The notes under the pieces were generated by a model, which ran no database searches, was not told the DNA's origin, and was given only the letters and a program-made list of their open reading frames with translations. Source: Takakia lepidozioides (Eukaryota; Plantae; Bryophyta). Taken from it: 64,000 bases of DNA. Below, piece after piece: positions 52,711-63,717 of the stretch (positions within the stretch are counted from its first letter, which is position 1; every line of letters begins with the position of its first letter). The translations under genes were made by a program, and so were the position numbers. The stretch is from positions 57,908,001 to 57,972,000 of the forward strand of contig CM060733.1 in assembly GCA_030704615.1 (NCBI GenBank), written 5' to 3'.

Positions 52711-53934
52711 GTGGGATACGATAGAGGAAATGTATGGAGCTACCAAGGGGCCATGTCGGTACTCGGGAACTGTGGCACCATCGAGCTTGATGATTTCATA
52801 CATGAGTTTGATAGTTGGTGTGATTTGCAGCAGATGCGCAATCCACAACTGTTTACGCCTTTTATGGCGTGGAAGGGGCTGTTTCAGCACCTTGAGGGGC
52901 CGCATATGGATGACTATCATGAGTTTAGGCGGGGAAATGAGGTGGAGATTAAGGAGTGGCGACAATATTTGTCACCTGACTATGTCTCCATCACTAGAGG
53001 CACAAGGGCAGTGACGATACCAGCAGCTACACCAACATCCCCAACTGCAAGCACTAGTAGTGGGACAAGTAAAGATGGAGTTGGGAAATCCACCCAAGCT
53101 TCTACTGTAGCACCAGCACCCGTGCCTGCCTTTAACCCAGTTGTGGAGTTATTCGAGGAGTTAAGGAGAAACTACCAGGGGCTAAGGACGGAGAAATTGC
53201 GGAGCTTGTAAGAGTTCCAGCGCAAGCCTACTGAGAGTTTGAGAGAGGATTACACGCGCATGAGGCGATTGATAAATATAACCCAAGGGGTAGCGGAAGC
53301 TCAAGCAGTCCAATTCTGGTATGGGATATTGGACAAGGAGCTGAGGAGAAGGGTGCGGGATGCAACTCTCCTAAAAGTGGACCAACCCACCTTAGCAAAC
53401 GTGTTTTTGCTGGCAGAGCGGATAGAGCTCAATATGGTGGAGGAGCGAGTGGTCATGGTGGGGTTTGGTAAGGAGACACAACGAAGTGGGCCTCCTAGCC
53501 AACAACAACCACTACCCCAACGTGCTCAAGGCAACAAAGGGGCTCAGACGAAGCCCAGGGAAGGACAGAGAGGATCTCAATTGCAGAGGTCACTTCCTTC
53601 ATTCTCAGGCCAACAACAGTCGGGTGTGACATGTTGGGATTGTGGAGGACCTCATGTTAAGAGAGACTGCCCGGAGAGAGGCAAAGGGCCGGCACAGACA
53701 CAGCCTACACAACTACAGTGTGGGCATTGTGGCAAATATGGGCATGAAGAGGCCCATTGTTATGACTTGCATCCTGAGCTACGGCCAGGCCAGTTCCAAG
53801 GGAACAATTGTGGCCGTGGACGAGACAAGGTAGAGGAGGCAGAGGTCGTGGTGGAGATCGTAACCAGAACCAAGGAGCACAGGGTCAAGGTCAAGGTCAT
53901 GACCAAGGCATGGTGGATAGGCTTGCCTAGCTAG
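52711..53934 (+). pseudogene. gag with two CCHC zinc knuckles
   Basis: Two same-frame ORFs split by TAA at 53209; CWDCGGPHVKRDC and CGHCGKYGHEEAHC. Confidence 0.85.
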
Positions 53935-54578
53935 AGCAACGTCTTGCTGCCATGGCCATTATTAATGTGGCGCCAGCTCCAAGGCCTGAAGTTCAAGCCC
54001 CACCTGCACAACCTCCTATGCCTAGGGAAGACTAGATTGGTATGGGTTTCATGTGTAGAGCCGCACTTGCTGGACCATTGCATGTGGATTTTGCAGCTGC
54101 TGTCACTCGAGCAGCAACTCGTGCTCCTGAGCCAAGAGGAGCGGATGTGGATTTTGATCCACAAAGGGGGGAAGCAAGTCGACAGACAAGGCTTCCACAG
54201 TCTTTTACATTGGTTGAGACAGTGTCAACTACACCATCGATGGTACCCGCTCGCCCAAGTGTGTCAGAGGTAGAGCCACGAGTGCCATTGGGGAGAGTTG
54301 GTGTGGCTCGGGAAATGCCAGTGGGTGGTGCAAAGCAAGGTGCAACCAGTACATTGTTGGGGGCGGCTATGGCGGTTTGCCAAGCTCCATTGTTTTCTGC
54401 CACGACAATTGCAATGTCGGGGATGCGGCCAACTGCAGTATTTAAACTGACAGTCTGTGAGAGTGGTGATGCATTGGCACTATCTGCGGGGATAGCAGAT
54501 AAGGTGCAATGCATGAATGCCCTGGATTCAAGGATGAAGACAGCCACAGCTGCGCCATGACAAGCGGCAGCTGCAAGG

Positions 54579-55319
54579 TTGCAAGAGTTGTCAGTTATGC
54601 CAGCCATTGAACGCAGTATGGTGACTCCTGGGGTAGTCATGATGGACATTCAAGATGGTGTGTTTCAGTTAGGTGGCCCAGCCGGGAGGAGGTATAGGCC
54701 ACTACGGGTCTTATTGGACTCGGGAGCACAACCATTGATGTTGGGGAGAGCAGAAATTGCAGGCTTGGGCCTTACAGAGGCGGATTTGGAGCCTTGCCCT
54801 TTCCAAATTCAAACATCTTTGGGTGGTTCAGATAAGGCACGAGGGATTACACGCCATGAGCTTTTCATTCGATTGCAGCCGGATCATCCTACGGACGGCT
54901 CAGTCATGAGAGCTAAAGTCATTGTTACGGACGCGATGTCTTATGATGTGCTTGTTGGTGGGGCAGTGTTATACCCCATGGGATTCACTTCGGACTTTTG
55001 GGAGGAAACGGCATCCTACAGGCCGGAATGGCAGTCAGGAGATGGCCGACGTGCACTGCTCCCACTGCGGTTTATTGGGAATGTAGCGGTGGATCATAGG
55101 AACATGATGCCCACATTCGCTGCATTCTCAGGGGTGGTGGCTTGGGGTGGTGAGCTCTTGGAGGGCAATAACCACGCAAATGATAGGCCATCACCTGATG
55201 AGGACAAACAATTGGCATACAAGGCTGATTTGCTTCCTCATGTGCCTGTGCATAATTCACTGTGGGATACGGTTGGGAATTTGCATCGATTAGCAGGCGA
55301 GTGTATGCACCAAGCATGA
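54579..55319 (+). pseudogene. Aspartic protease domain
   Basis: RVLLDSGAQP..YDVLVG. Confidence 0.85.
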
Positions 55320-55334
55320 CAGGAGGCCTTTCCA

Positions 55335-56519
55335 TTGGTGAGTGAGGGGAGTTCGGTGACATCACCTGGACCTCCTGAGTTAGCTCATTTGGACACAGTG
55401 CCCATTATCTGGCAACCACCTGACTCAGGGATTTGTTTGCTAGACTTGTTTGGAGGCATGAGCACTGGGCTTGCAGGAGTGTTGCAAGCAAGGATCAAAG
55501 TACGCAAGTACTTGTATGTGGAGAAGGATGAAATAACTCGACGTATTTCTATGCACCACATCACCTTGCTTACACATCAGTATCCTGAGTTGTTGTCTCT
55601 CTTAGCAATTCAAGGGTATCAAAAGGCCTTGCCAGCAGACATTACCTTGCTGGGGGCGGATGATTTGGATCGGCATGGTTCCATTGACTTGGTGATAGCC
55701 GGATGGCCTTGCAAAGGACACTCTCCCGCATGTCATGGGAATGGCTTGCATAATGCACGATCGCATTTGTTTTGGGAGATGTTGCGAGTGTGGCGGGACT
55801 TGCAGACGAGGCAAGTGCAACCTCTAGGCTATATCTTGGAGAATGTTCCTCTTATGGGGTATTCTCGGGCCAGGGTTGTGGCCAGTGTGCATAAGGTGCA
55901 GTCTTGGATTGGATCGGCGGTGCTATTGGATGCAGCAACGGTGGGATCACGCGCGCATCGACCTCGATTGTGGTGGACCAATCTTGTACCACCAGAGCTG
56001 CTCAAGAGAGCATACGATTCCATTCAACGGCCACCCAATCTCACGGTTGAAGGCATTTTGGACCAAGGGAGGCAACCACAAAGAGTGCAACATGATGATC
56101 GTCCACATCTAGCGATGGTCAATCGAGTGGGGCAGCCACGTGCGGCCTTGCCTACGCTCATGAGCTTTCCCTCGTCTCATGCTTTCTGAGACAATGGTCC
56201 TGGGTTGATTTGGGACAGTGTGCTACAGCAATTGGTGGAGCCCAATGTGGATGAGCGAGAGCGGGCAATGGGATTTGCCACCGGCACTACAGATGTGCCA
56301 GCTCTGTCAGAGGCATCACGCCGCCAATTGTTGGGTCAAGCAATGGATCTAAATTGCTTGGCATGGGTCATTGGCTTGTGCATGGCTGAGCAACGGAGAT
56401 TACAAGCATTGATGGCTACTTCTGCACTCTCATTGGATAGTGCATCTTCCATGCCAACCGGGATGGTTGAGGCAGTGAGTAGGGGTGAGCACAGGATCGT
56501 GGGTTGCAAACACCCATGA
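55335..56519 (+). pseudogene. DNMT3-like C5 cytosine methyltransferase domain within pol
   Basis: Motif I LLDLFGGMSTG; II YVEKD; III ADI; IV IDLVIAGWPCKGHS; VI ILENV; VIII AHRPRLWWTNL; after one TGA, IX ERERAMGF and X RRQLLGQAM. Same frame as PR and the start of RT. Confidence 0.92.
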
Positions 56520-56864
56520 CAGATGTGGGATGAGATGCGCAAAGAGAGAGTCATTGGATCTCTCAAGCAGCAGTATGAGGAGTGGGGAGAGCCATGGACT
56601 AAGGATCAGTTGGAGGCCAAGGTGGCCAAGGTTTTTGAAGAGGTTGAGAATGTTTCTTGCTCAGAAGATGTTCTCAAGGTGGCTATGGCGGAGCAAGTGG
56701 AGGCTACGCCACAGTCAGATTGGGCGGACAAGGCCCAATAGGTTGCTATCTAGCAATCAAAGGATTCGTCTCCTATCTCCAAGCCTGGTGTACCCAAGGT
56801 TGAAGTCACTGAGGACAATTGGGAACCAAATGTTGGACCTACAGTCACCGGAGGAGAGAGACGG

Positions 56865-58140
56865 ATGATTCAACGATTTCTAAGGGCTTATAGAAATTGC
56901 TTTGCCTTCGGTTTGAAGGATTTGGGGAGTTTGAAGGGTCAGGAGATTTATATTGATTTGGCAAGTGACATGCCAATCTTTCGAAGGCCCTACCGGTATA
57001 GTGACATGGAGAGGTCATTGATCCAGTCACGGACTATGGAGTTGTTCGAAGCTGGATTGGTAGAGTTGTCAGGCGGGGAGTATGCCTCAGCAATGGTGAA
57101 GCCAGCTAAAAATGATATCTATGGCAATTGGACAGAAAGAAGGATGTGTGGGGACTATCGTCCTGGGAACCGTCAAACTAAGTCCGATAGATATGTCATG
57201 CCAACTCCAGAGGAGATCTTTGATGCTATTGGGCATTTTGTTTAGCACATTGGACTTGCGATCAGGTTACCACCAGTTGCCAATCAAAGAGGCTGACAAG
57301 CAAAAGACGACGTTCTGGGGAATTGACCAACAAGAGAAGGATTGTTTGTACCAATGGCGGCTCTGACCGTTTGGGTTAAAGAATGCTCCTGCAGAGTTTC
57401 AGAGGGTCATGGATAGGATTCTCGCGGGGCTAGACTTCGTCCGGTGCTATATTGATGACATCATCGTCTTTAGTACTACGGTTGAGGAGCATGAGAGACA
57501 CCTTCAAGTGTTGTTTGAGCGCTTGAGAGCGCACGGGTTGAAACTGCACCCCGGAAAGTGCAAGTTCTTCCACAATCAGATTGAGTATCTGGGCCACATG
57601 ATATGCCCTGGAAGATTGGGTGTTCAACAGACAAAGGTAGAGGCTATTGCATGCATTCCACGCCCCATGGATGTGAGCAGAGTTCGTGCTTTCATGGGAT
57701 TGGCAAACTACTATCGACGGTTTGTCAAGGGATTTAGTAGCATTGCAAATGCTCTTACCAAGTTGACCAAGGTGGGTCAGGAGTGGCAGTGGGAGCAGGA
57801 GCAAGAGGAAGCCTCACACAGGTGGATGATGAGGGAAGAGAGTTCGTAGTAGCATATGCTAGCCGCTCAAACAATGATGCCGAGGCGAAGTATAGTTCCT
57901 ATGAAGGGGAGTGTCTAGCTGCGGTATGGGCAGTGGCACATTTCAGATGCTACCTCTATGGCAATCTCTTCACCCTTGTCACGAATCACCAACCATTGAA
58001 GTGGTTGATGGAGTCAGACAAGCTACAGGGAAGTTTGCACGGTGGGCACTTATGCTTCAAGAGTACGACTTCCAGGTGGTGCATCGAGCCGGTATTGTCA
58101 ATCGAGATGCAGATGGATTGAGTCGTAATCCATGCACGAG
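56865..58140 (+). pseudogene. Reverse transcriptase and RNase H (frameshifts; RNase H N-terminus deleted)
   Basis: RMCGDYR..STLDLRSGYHQ..PFGLKNAP..YIDDII..YLGH..FMGLANYYRRFV; VAYASR..YSSYEGECLA..TNHQPL..DADGLSR. Confidence 0.95.
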
Positions 58141-58329
58141 CAAGCATGATGATACCGGAGCTCGGTGGCATGGTGAGACGGATGAGGAGATGGTGCCAGG
58201 ATGGCACGCATCGGCCTTTTTGTGCATTCTAGCAATGGGAGCTCAAGCTAGTTCATCCCATGCGATTGGTCATGTAGATAGCGTGCATGACTTTCCAGAG
58301 ACTAGTGAGGAGTTTTGGTGGTGCTAAGG

Positions 58330-59560
58330 ATGTGCATGAAGATGCAGCAGTGTTGGCATACCTTCGTACCGGAGAGACAGCAGCCAATGTGACTGCTAAA
58401 GAGAGAGATCGGGTCCTACAACGAGCCAAAAGGTTCAAGTGGGAGGGGACTCACCTACTTCGGGTATGGGATGATGGACGAGTGAGGATTGTGCCTCATC
58501 CAACACAACGAGCGCGATTGGTATGTCATGTCCATGAGGAGTTGGGACATTTTGGGGTACGGCGCACTCATAGTTTGTTGCAAGGGCAGTATTGGTGGCG
58601 GGGCATGCACACGGATGTGCAACAGTTAGTGGCAAGGTGCATGGTGTGTGATAGAGTGCGGGCTTGTTTCAACGCCCCTACTCCACAATTGCATCATTTA
58701 CCCATTATGGGTTTGGGCTATCGTTGGAGTCTTGACTTCACAGGACCATTGCCACTGACGATTCGCCATAACAAGTATGTGCTGGTGATGGTAGAACACT
58801 TCTCCAATTGGATTGAACTGGTGGCATTGCCTGACAAGGCAAGTGAGGGGGCTGCGTATGCATTCTAGATCGAGTGCTTAGCCATTTTGGTGCTCCAGCC
58901 GAGGTACTCACGGACCAGGGGAGAGAATTCTTGGGGGAGTTTTAGACTTTGTGTGAGCAAGCCTTGATAGATTACTGCACTACTTCTCGGGATCATCCCG
59001 AGGCTGATGGCTTGGCGGAGAGAGTTGTTCAGACAGTCAAGAGAGGTTTGCGCAAGTACGGTTTATAGAAGTGATACCTAGGAGATTGGGACCTTCAACT
59101 GCCTTGGCTAGCTATAGACTATAGGTTTAGCAAACAAGCTTCACTTGCCTCTTTCTCACCTTACTTTTTTCTCTTTGGCTGAGAGCCGGATTTGCCTGCA
59201 TCTATTCGCAGGGAGGCTACAATAGTTCTCAACCTTGATGATCCGGATGTGTGGACACAAACATATGCCCAGCGGGCAGAGTTGTTCAAGAGAGTCATGC
59301 TTTTAAAAACCTTGCAATTGCCCAATACCGAGACACATTGAGGTACGTCACTATACGTGGAGGGGATATCGGCCAAGTGTTTGGCGTTTCCACCCTGGGG
59401 ACTATGTATATTTGCAGCAGACAGCACCTACGACCTTGGATGTCACAGCAGGACGTGTGATTCTAAGGGTCAGGAAGGTGTTGCCTTTAGGAGTATTGAT
59501 TCTGGAGGGTCGAGATGGCATGGTATGGAAGGACCATGTGCGCAATTGTGTGTCATGTCA
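58330..59560 (+). pseudogene. DDE integrase
   Basis: HHCC: HEELGHFG..YWWRGM..CMVC; SLDFTGP; TDQG; GLAERVV. Confidence 0.9.
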
Positions 59561-59617
59561 CCTTCCACATGTGGATGGAGGATAGATCCCAACCTTGTAG
59601 TCGTACCTACAGGGTTG

Positions 59618-59770
59618 TGTTGCATACTATGTGGGCATGCTGGTGGCGCCGCAACCATGTTGGTGTGTGACAAATGCACAAGGGGGTGGCACACGGGATG
59701 CTTGACACCGCCACTTGAGGAGGTTCATATCGGAGAATGGTTGTATCCACGCTGCCTTGGACAGAGGTAG
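59618..59770 (+). pseudogene. C-terminal PHD finger
   Basis: CILCGHAGGAATMLVCDKCTRGWHTGCLTPPLEEVHIGEWLYPRC fits C4-H-C3 with the seventh ligand changed to Tyr (TAT). Confidence 0.85.
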
Positions 59771-60027
59771 TAGGCATGACAATGGTGAGGCGGACAAGTG
59801 ATTCAAGGTCTAGCTAGTGGGGCTCAAATGCCATGGATACTCAACTGAAGATCATGGATTGCATAAAGGCGACTAACGTTGGGGCTACGTTTGCACCCGG
59901 CCTCTTGATTTATCGACTTCAGGTGTTGGGACTTGTGCGATTGAAGACCAAGCGATGATCTTATTGGGGTGGATACTTGCAAGCTATCCAGTGTTAGAGG
60001 GACCTAATCACCAGCTAGGGGGACGTT

Positions 60028-60548
60028 TGTGGCGTGGCTTTCTAGGACTATATGCTAGGAAGTGTGGTTGGACAGCGATGTATGTTGTGGCACGATGCTT
60101 AGGTGCACGACAGCTGTCATGGTTTTGTTTGTGATTAGCTAGAAATAGTTATTTCTAGCTAATTAGGACATTATACATTTATATTTGTATTTTGTTGGCA
60201 TTGGAACTTCATTTGGTTCCATGTGCCAAGTGAGGTGGTGAACCTCACTTGGGACGTGGAGATGTTATCTCCACGTGAAACGTAGGCAGGCTCGTCTTCT
60301 TTTAGTCGAGCCTCCCGAGGCCTCTCTCGCCGCCATAGCTCTAGTACTTGAGATGGAGAGTGGGTGAGGTCTGTATGGTGGAGTTCTTTAGCAAATGTGC
60401 CATTGGCTTGATTTATATAGCGTGATAGAGTGGTTTCTCCTCTTTTCACCATTTCCGTATCATTGTGGCGTGGCTTTCTAGGACTATATGCTAGGAAGTG
60501 TGGTTGGACAACGATGTATGTTGTGGCATGATGCTTAGGTGCACGACA
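60028..60548 (+). repeat. 3' terminal B1(60028-60112)-gc-A2(60115-60462)-t-B2(60464-60548)
   Basis: B copies are 85 bp with 2 mismatches. A short purine-rich AGGGGGA tract lies just before B1. Confidence 0.95.
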
Positions 60549-60981
60549 ACTTTATCAACCTATCAATAATAGCCATTTTCATAAAGTCCTTTACAATATG
60601 AAAACCAAAACACCCCATGAGCTGTCTTCATTAAATACAACTATTTATTATAGATGAAGGGTGGACCAAGGTCAAATTTTCAAAAACATGTATTTTTGTG
60701 ATTATGGTCAAGTTTGGATTACGTCACCGACGACACGTGACGTCATATATCCTCCATAACATCTTTCTTTTTCCTATTTGAAATGACAGTATCCCAACAA
60801 TAGACGTTCCACATGATATAGTACAGTGAATCCATGTTTTTTTCACGATTTTTAAAAAGAAAAAAAAAAATCTTATGTACTTTTATATAGGCCACATCTT
60901 CAACTTTTTGGTCCACTCACATAATTAAAAGAAGCGCTCAACCACCATGGTCGGCTAGGTATCATCTACCTAAAACATATT

Positions 60982-61214
60982 TAGCTTAGAGATATAATTC
61001 CAACCAAAGTCTCTTTAAATAACTCATCATCATCATCTTCTTATTTTATTGCAGCACACAGCTCACTTTTGACTTGGACTTTTGGCCTAAATTGGGATAA
61101 AACTTGAAGTATGACAATATTTGAGTTTTATTGAATTAATAAATAAATATTATTAAAATAAATATATATTATCTAGTTAATCGTCTCAGAGAGTTACGCC
61201 GGTTTCGGCCGGAG

Positions 61215-61262
<48 letters not shown>

Positions 61263-61458
61263 CGATTAACTAGATTATGTTTATATTTTAATAAGGTTTA
61301 TTTATTAATTTAATAAAAAATAATATTGTCGTTGGTCCCAATTTAGGACAAAAGTCCAAGTCAAAAGTGAGCTATGTGCTACAATAAAATAAGATGATGA
61401 TGATGATGATGATGATGTTATTTATAGAGACTTTGGTTGAAATTATATCTCTAAGCTC
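60982..61458. mobile_element. Foldback MITE with about 210-bp TIRs and a central (CT)n
   Basis: agcttagagatataatt..caaccaaagtctct.. mirrored by ..agagactttggttgaaattatatctctaagct. Flanking direct repeat AACATAT at 60974 and 61459. Confidence 0.85.
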
Positions 61459-61632
61459 AACATATGCACTACTGCAAGGAAATCAGGCAAAAGCCCTTTG
61501 GAGTGGAGTTACGTCTACTTTGGCAAGAGTCTTTCTCTCTTCCTCCTCCAGCACACGAGTGTAAAATTGAATCTAAGTATTACTTCTAATATATTAACTC
61601 ATCTTCTTCTTAGCGTGTATGTGTATGTACAA

Positions 61633-63717
61633 ATGACGAGAACGCAATGTTTATCTCCTATATCAAACCATAGGACTGATATATTATTATTCACTTTTGT
61701 TCTACCAATCATCATTATTGGATGTCCCTCCCTAGTATCAGCAGTCGATTACGGGGTCGGCATCGCTAATTTTCTGAATTACCGATTGAGTGTTACTTGC
61801 ATATTAAATAATCCTATGCGAACGACCACGTCATTTGTAAGAACTCTCTATCCGATTCCCGAATATCACCTCATAATTTGTCTTGTTTATTATCTAATGA
61901 ATTGAACATGAGTGGATTTAGGCCAATTCATGACTTGTAATTTTTTTAGAGTAATGCATTATCTATTTTAACCCTTAAGTGCCCATTCGGCATGTTTTGG
62001 GTCTTTGTTGTTTGTTTTTCTAGTGTGGTTTTCTCATATTTCAAACAAATGATCCAAAATTTTGAGCTATTGATGCCATCCACATGTCATCCACCTGGCG
62101 GATAGGAAGTGTGATTTGTAGGATTTTTTGTTTAGCATTTCAATTTTCCAAATCAAAAGAAGAGAAGTCTGGTTTGTGGTGTAAGAAGTTAACATCCCCT
62201 GACATGTGAGAAGAGAGAGAGAGAGGTAACTAAGAGCCACTTCGCCTTGCGGCTACTGCCCCCTTTTGGGGGTGAGCCCTATATGGCATGTGAGAAAACT
62301 CTCTTCCTACATGAGAAGATGTCTCCCACAATATTGACCCAGTGTGGTATGACCAATATGTCATCATCCCATCTTTTGCCCGGAATGCATTTTGTTTTTT
62401 TGGAATGGATGCAAGATCACACCAAGGATAGATTGGGAGCATATTCAATTAATTCGGAAATCATTTCATCACCCAAACCTTAAAAATTGGAAGTCCCATT
62501 TGTAATTTTGGTGTGTGCGGCCCAAAAATAGGCCCACTTGCAAGGGTGGGTTTTTCTCAATTTTCACCTGAATGCCTTACAAATTGGCAGATTCCTTTAA
62601 CAGGTAGGTATGGTATGGTATTGTGCGGTCGTAATTTTAAATTTGTGTTTTTTTTCACAATTTAGAAGGCTTTTTCAGTTTAAGATTGGGGTTTTGGAAA
62701 GAAAAACAAATGACTACTAGGCACTTACGGTTTTCGCGACCGTGGCATCTTGGGTTTCAAGTGTGGAGCAATGATATAGTCTACAATAGTTCGCATTATG
62801 GCAGACATCCCAACATTACTTATGCCGAATCAAATTTGAAGATTGAGCAAAAGTAAGATTGTTGAAAGTCGACTCACTTTCGCCTCTTCGTACAAGGGAG
62901 TTCTTGCCTCCCTCTCCATGTCATTTGAGGGGGCCATTTCAGGATCATCGATTGGCCGGGTTCCCTCTTTATGGGATGCATCGGCGCCCACATGATGCAT
63001 TAAGAGATCCTTCATGGCTTGCACATCCTCGTGGTTAATTCCATGCTCATTGTTGTTGTCACTGTCACTATCATTGTCATTGTCATCATCGTTGGGGTGG
63101 CTAGATTTGAGAAACTACCATATCTTCATGAGGTACAGTTTTTGACTTTACATGATTAGTTATTATCATTATTATTATTATGTATATAGGGCCCACTCCT
63201 GAAAGGGGGCAATAGCCGCAAGGCAAAATGGCTCTTAGTTATGTCAGCTTCGGTCGGAGTCATCTCTCTATCTTAATATTATTTTCTCTAAAGCATGTTT
63301 TCTAACTCATTTTGAATCACTATGTCTTTTTCCCCTCTCCTAAGAATAGGAATCAAAATTCAAATGTGTGATACATTGTAAGCTAGATATTATAAACCCC
63401 GTAGTTTGTAGTTTTTATACATGAAAAACCATATCTTCGTTGCATAATTTTCTCCATGACAGTTTCAATTACGAGCATTGCAGATTGTTGATCCAACCTA
63501 TCAAAACAACGTAAATGTTGACTGGGGGACGGCCGGGTCGTTGCTTACTTGTACGGCTACATATACCGATTCAAGAGGGTTCAATTACACTCACACATGA
63601 CAAGCCGCTGGAAGATGGTACCAAGGAACGTTAGTTTCTTGGGAAATTGATTTCAACGGTGCTTGTTATTATCATGGTAATGACAAGGAAAACTGTCGAT
63701 CAACTTGGTCTTGGTAG
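61633..63717 (+). pseudogene. Two-exon small secreted protein, S-protein-homologue (SPH)-like, with a premature stop
   Basis: Exon 1 (61633-61836): hydrophobic signal, VGIANFLNYRLSVTC, then a GTAAG donor. Exon 2 (63484-63717) follows TTGCAG in phase 0: IVDP..LLTC..*..SWEIDFNG..C..TWSW*. Premature TGA at 63598. Confidence 0.5.
62229..63239. mobile_element. Non-autonomous TIR element with TA TSD (Tc1/mariner-like) carrying a CACTA fragment
   Basis: TA|ACTAAGAGCCACTTCGCCTTGCGGCTA.. and ..TAGCCGCAAGGCAAAATGGCTCTTAGT|TA form TIRs of about 55 bp. 62725-63092 is a reverse-complement copy of about 21845-22215. Confidence 0.7.

Larger units (their letters stand above)
49755..60548 (+). mobile_element. 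Complete Gypsy-type retrotransposon carrying a C5 DNA methyltransferase and PHD finger, with split direct repeats
   Basis: ACTT|TGTCAT...ACGACA|ACTT (4-bp TSD). Order: gag, PR, DNMT, RT, RH, IN, PHD. Termini A1...B1-A2-B2. Confidence 0.9.

Noticed and set aside
55335-56519. Bacterial restriction-modification MTase or contamination
   Set aside because: In frame with retroelement PR and RT, shows DNMT3-like motif details, and lies inside a TSD-bounded element.
49755-60462. Conventional LTR element bounded by A1 and A2
   Set aside because: A2 is followed by TTGT, not the ACTT TSD. The TSD follows B2, and the purine tract precedes B1.
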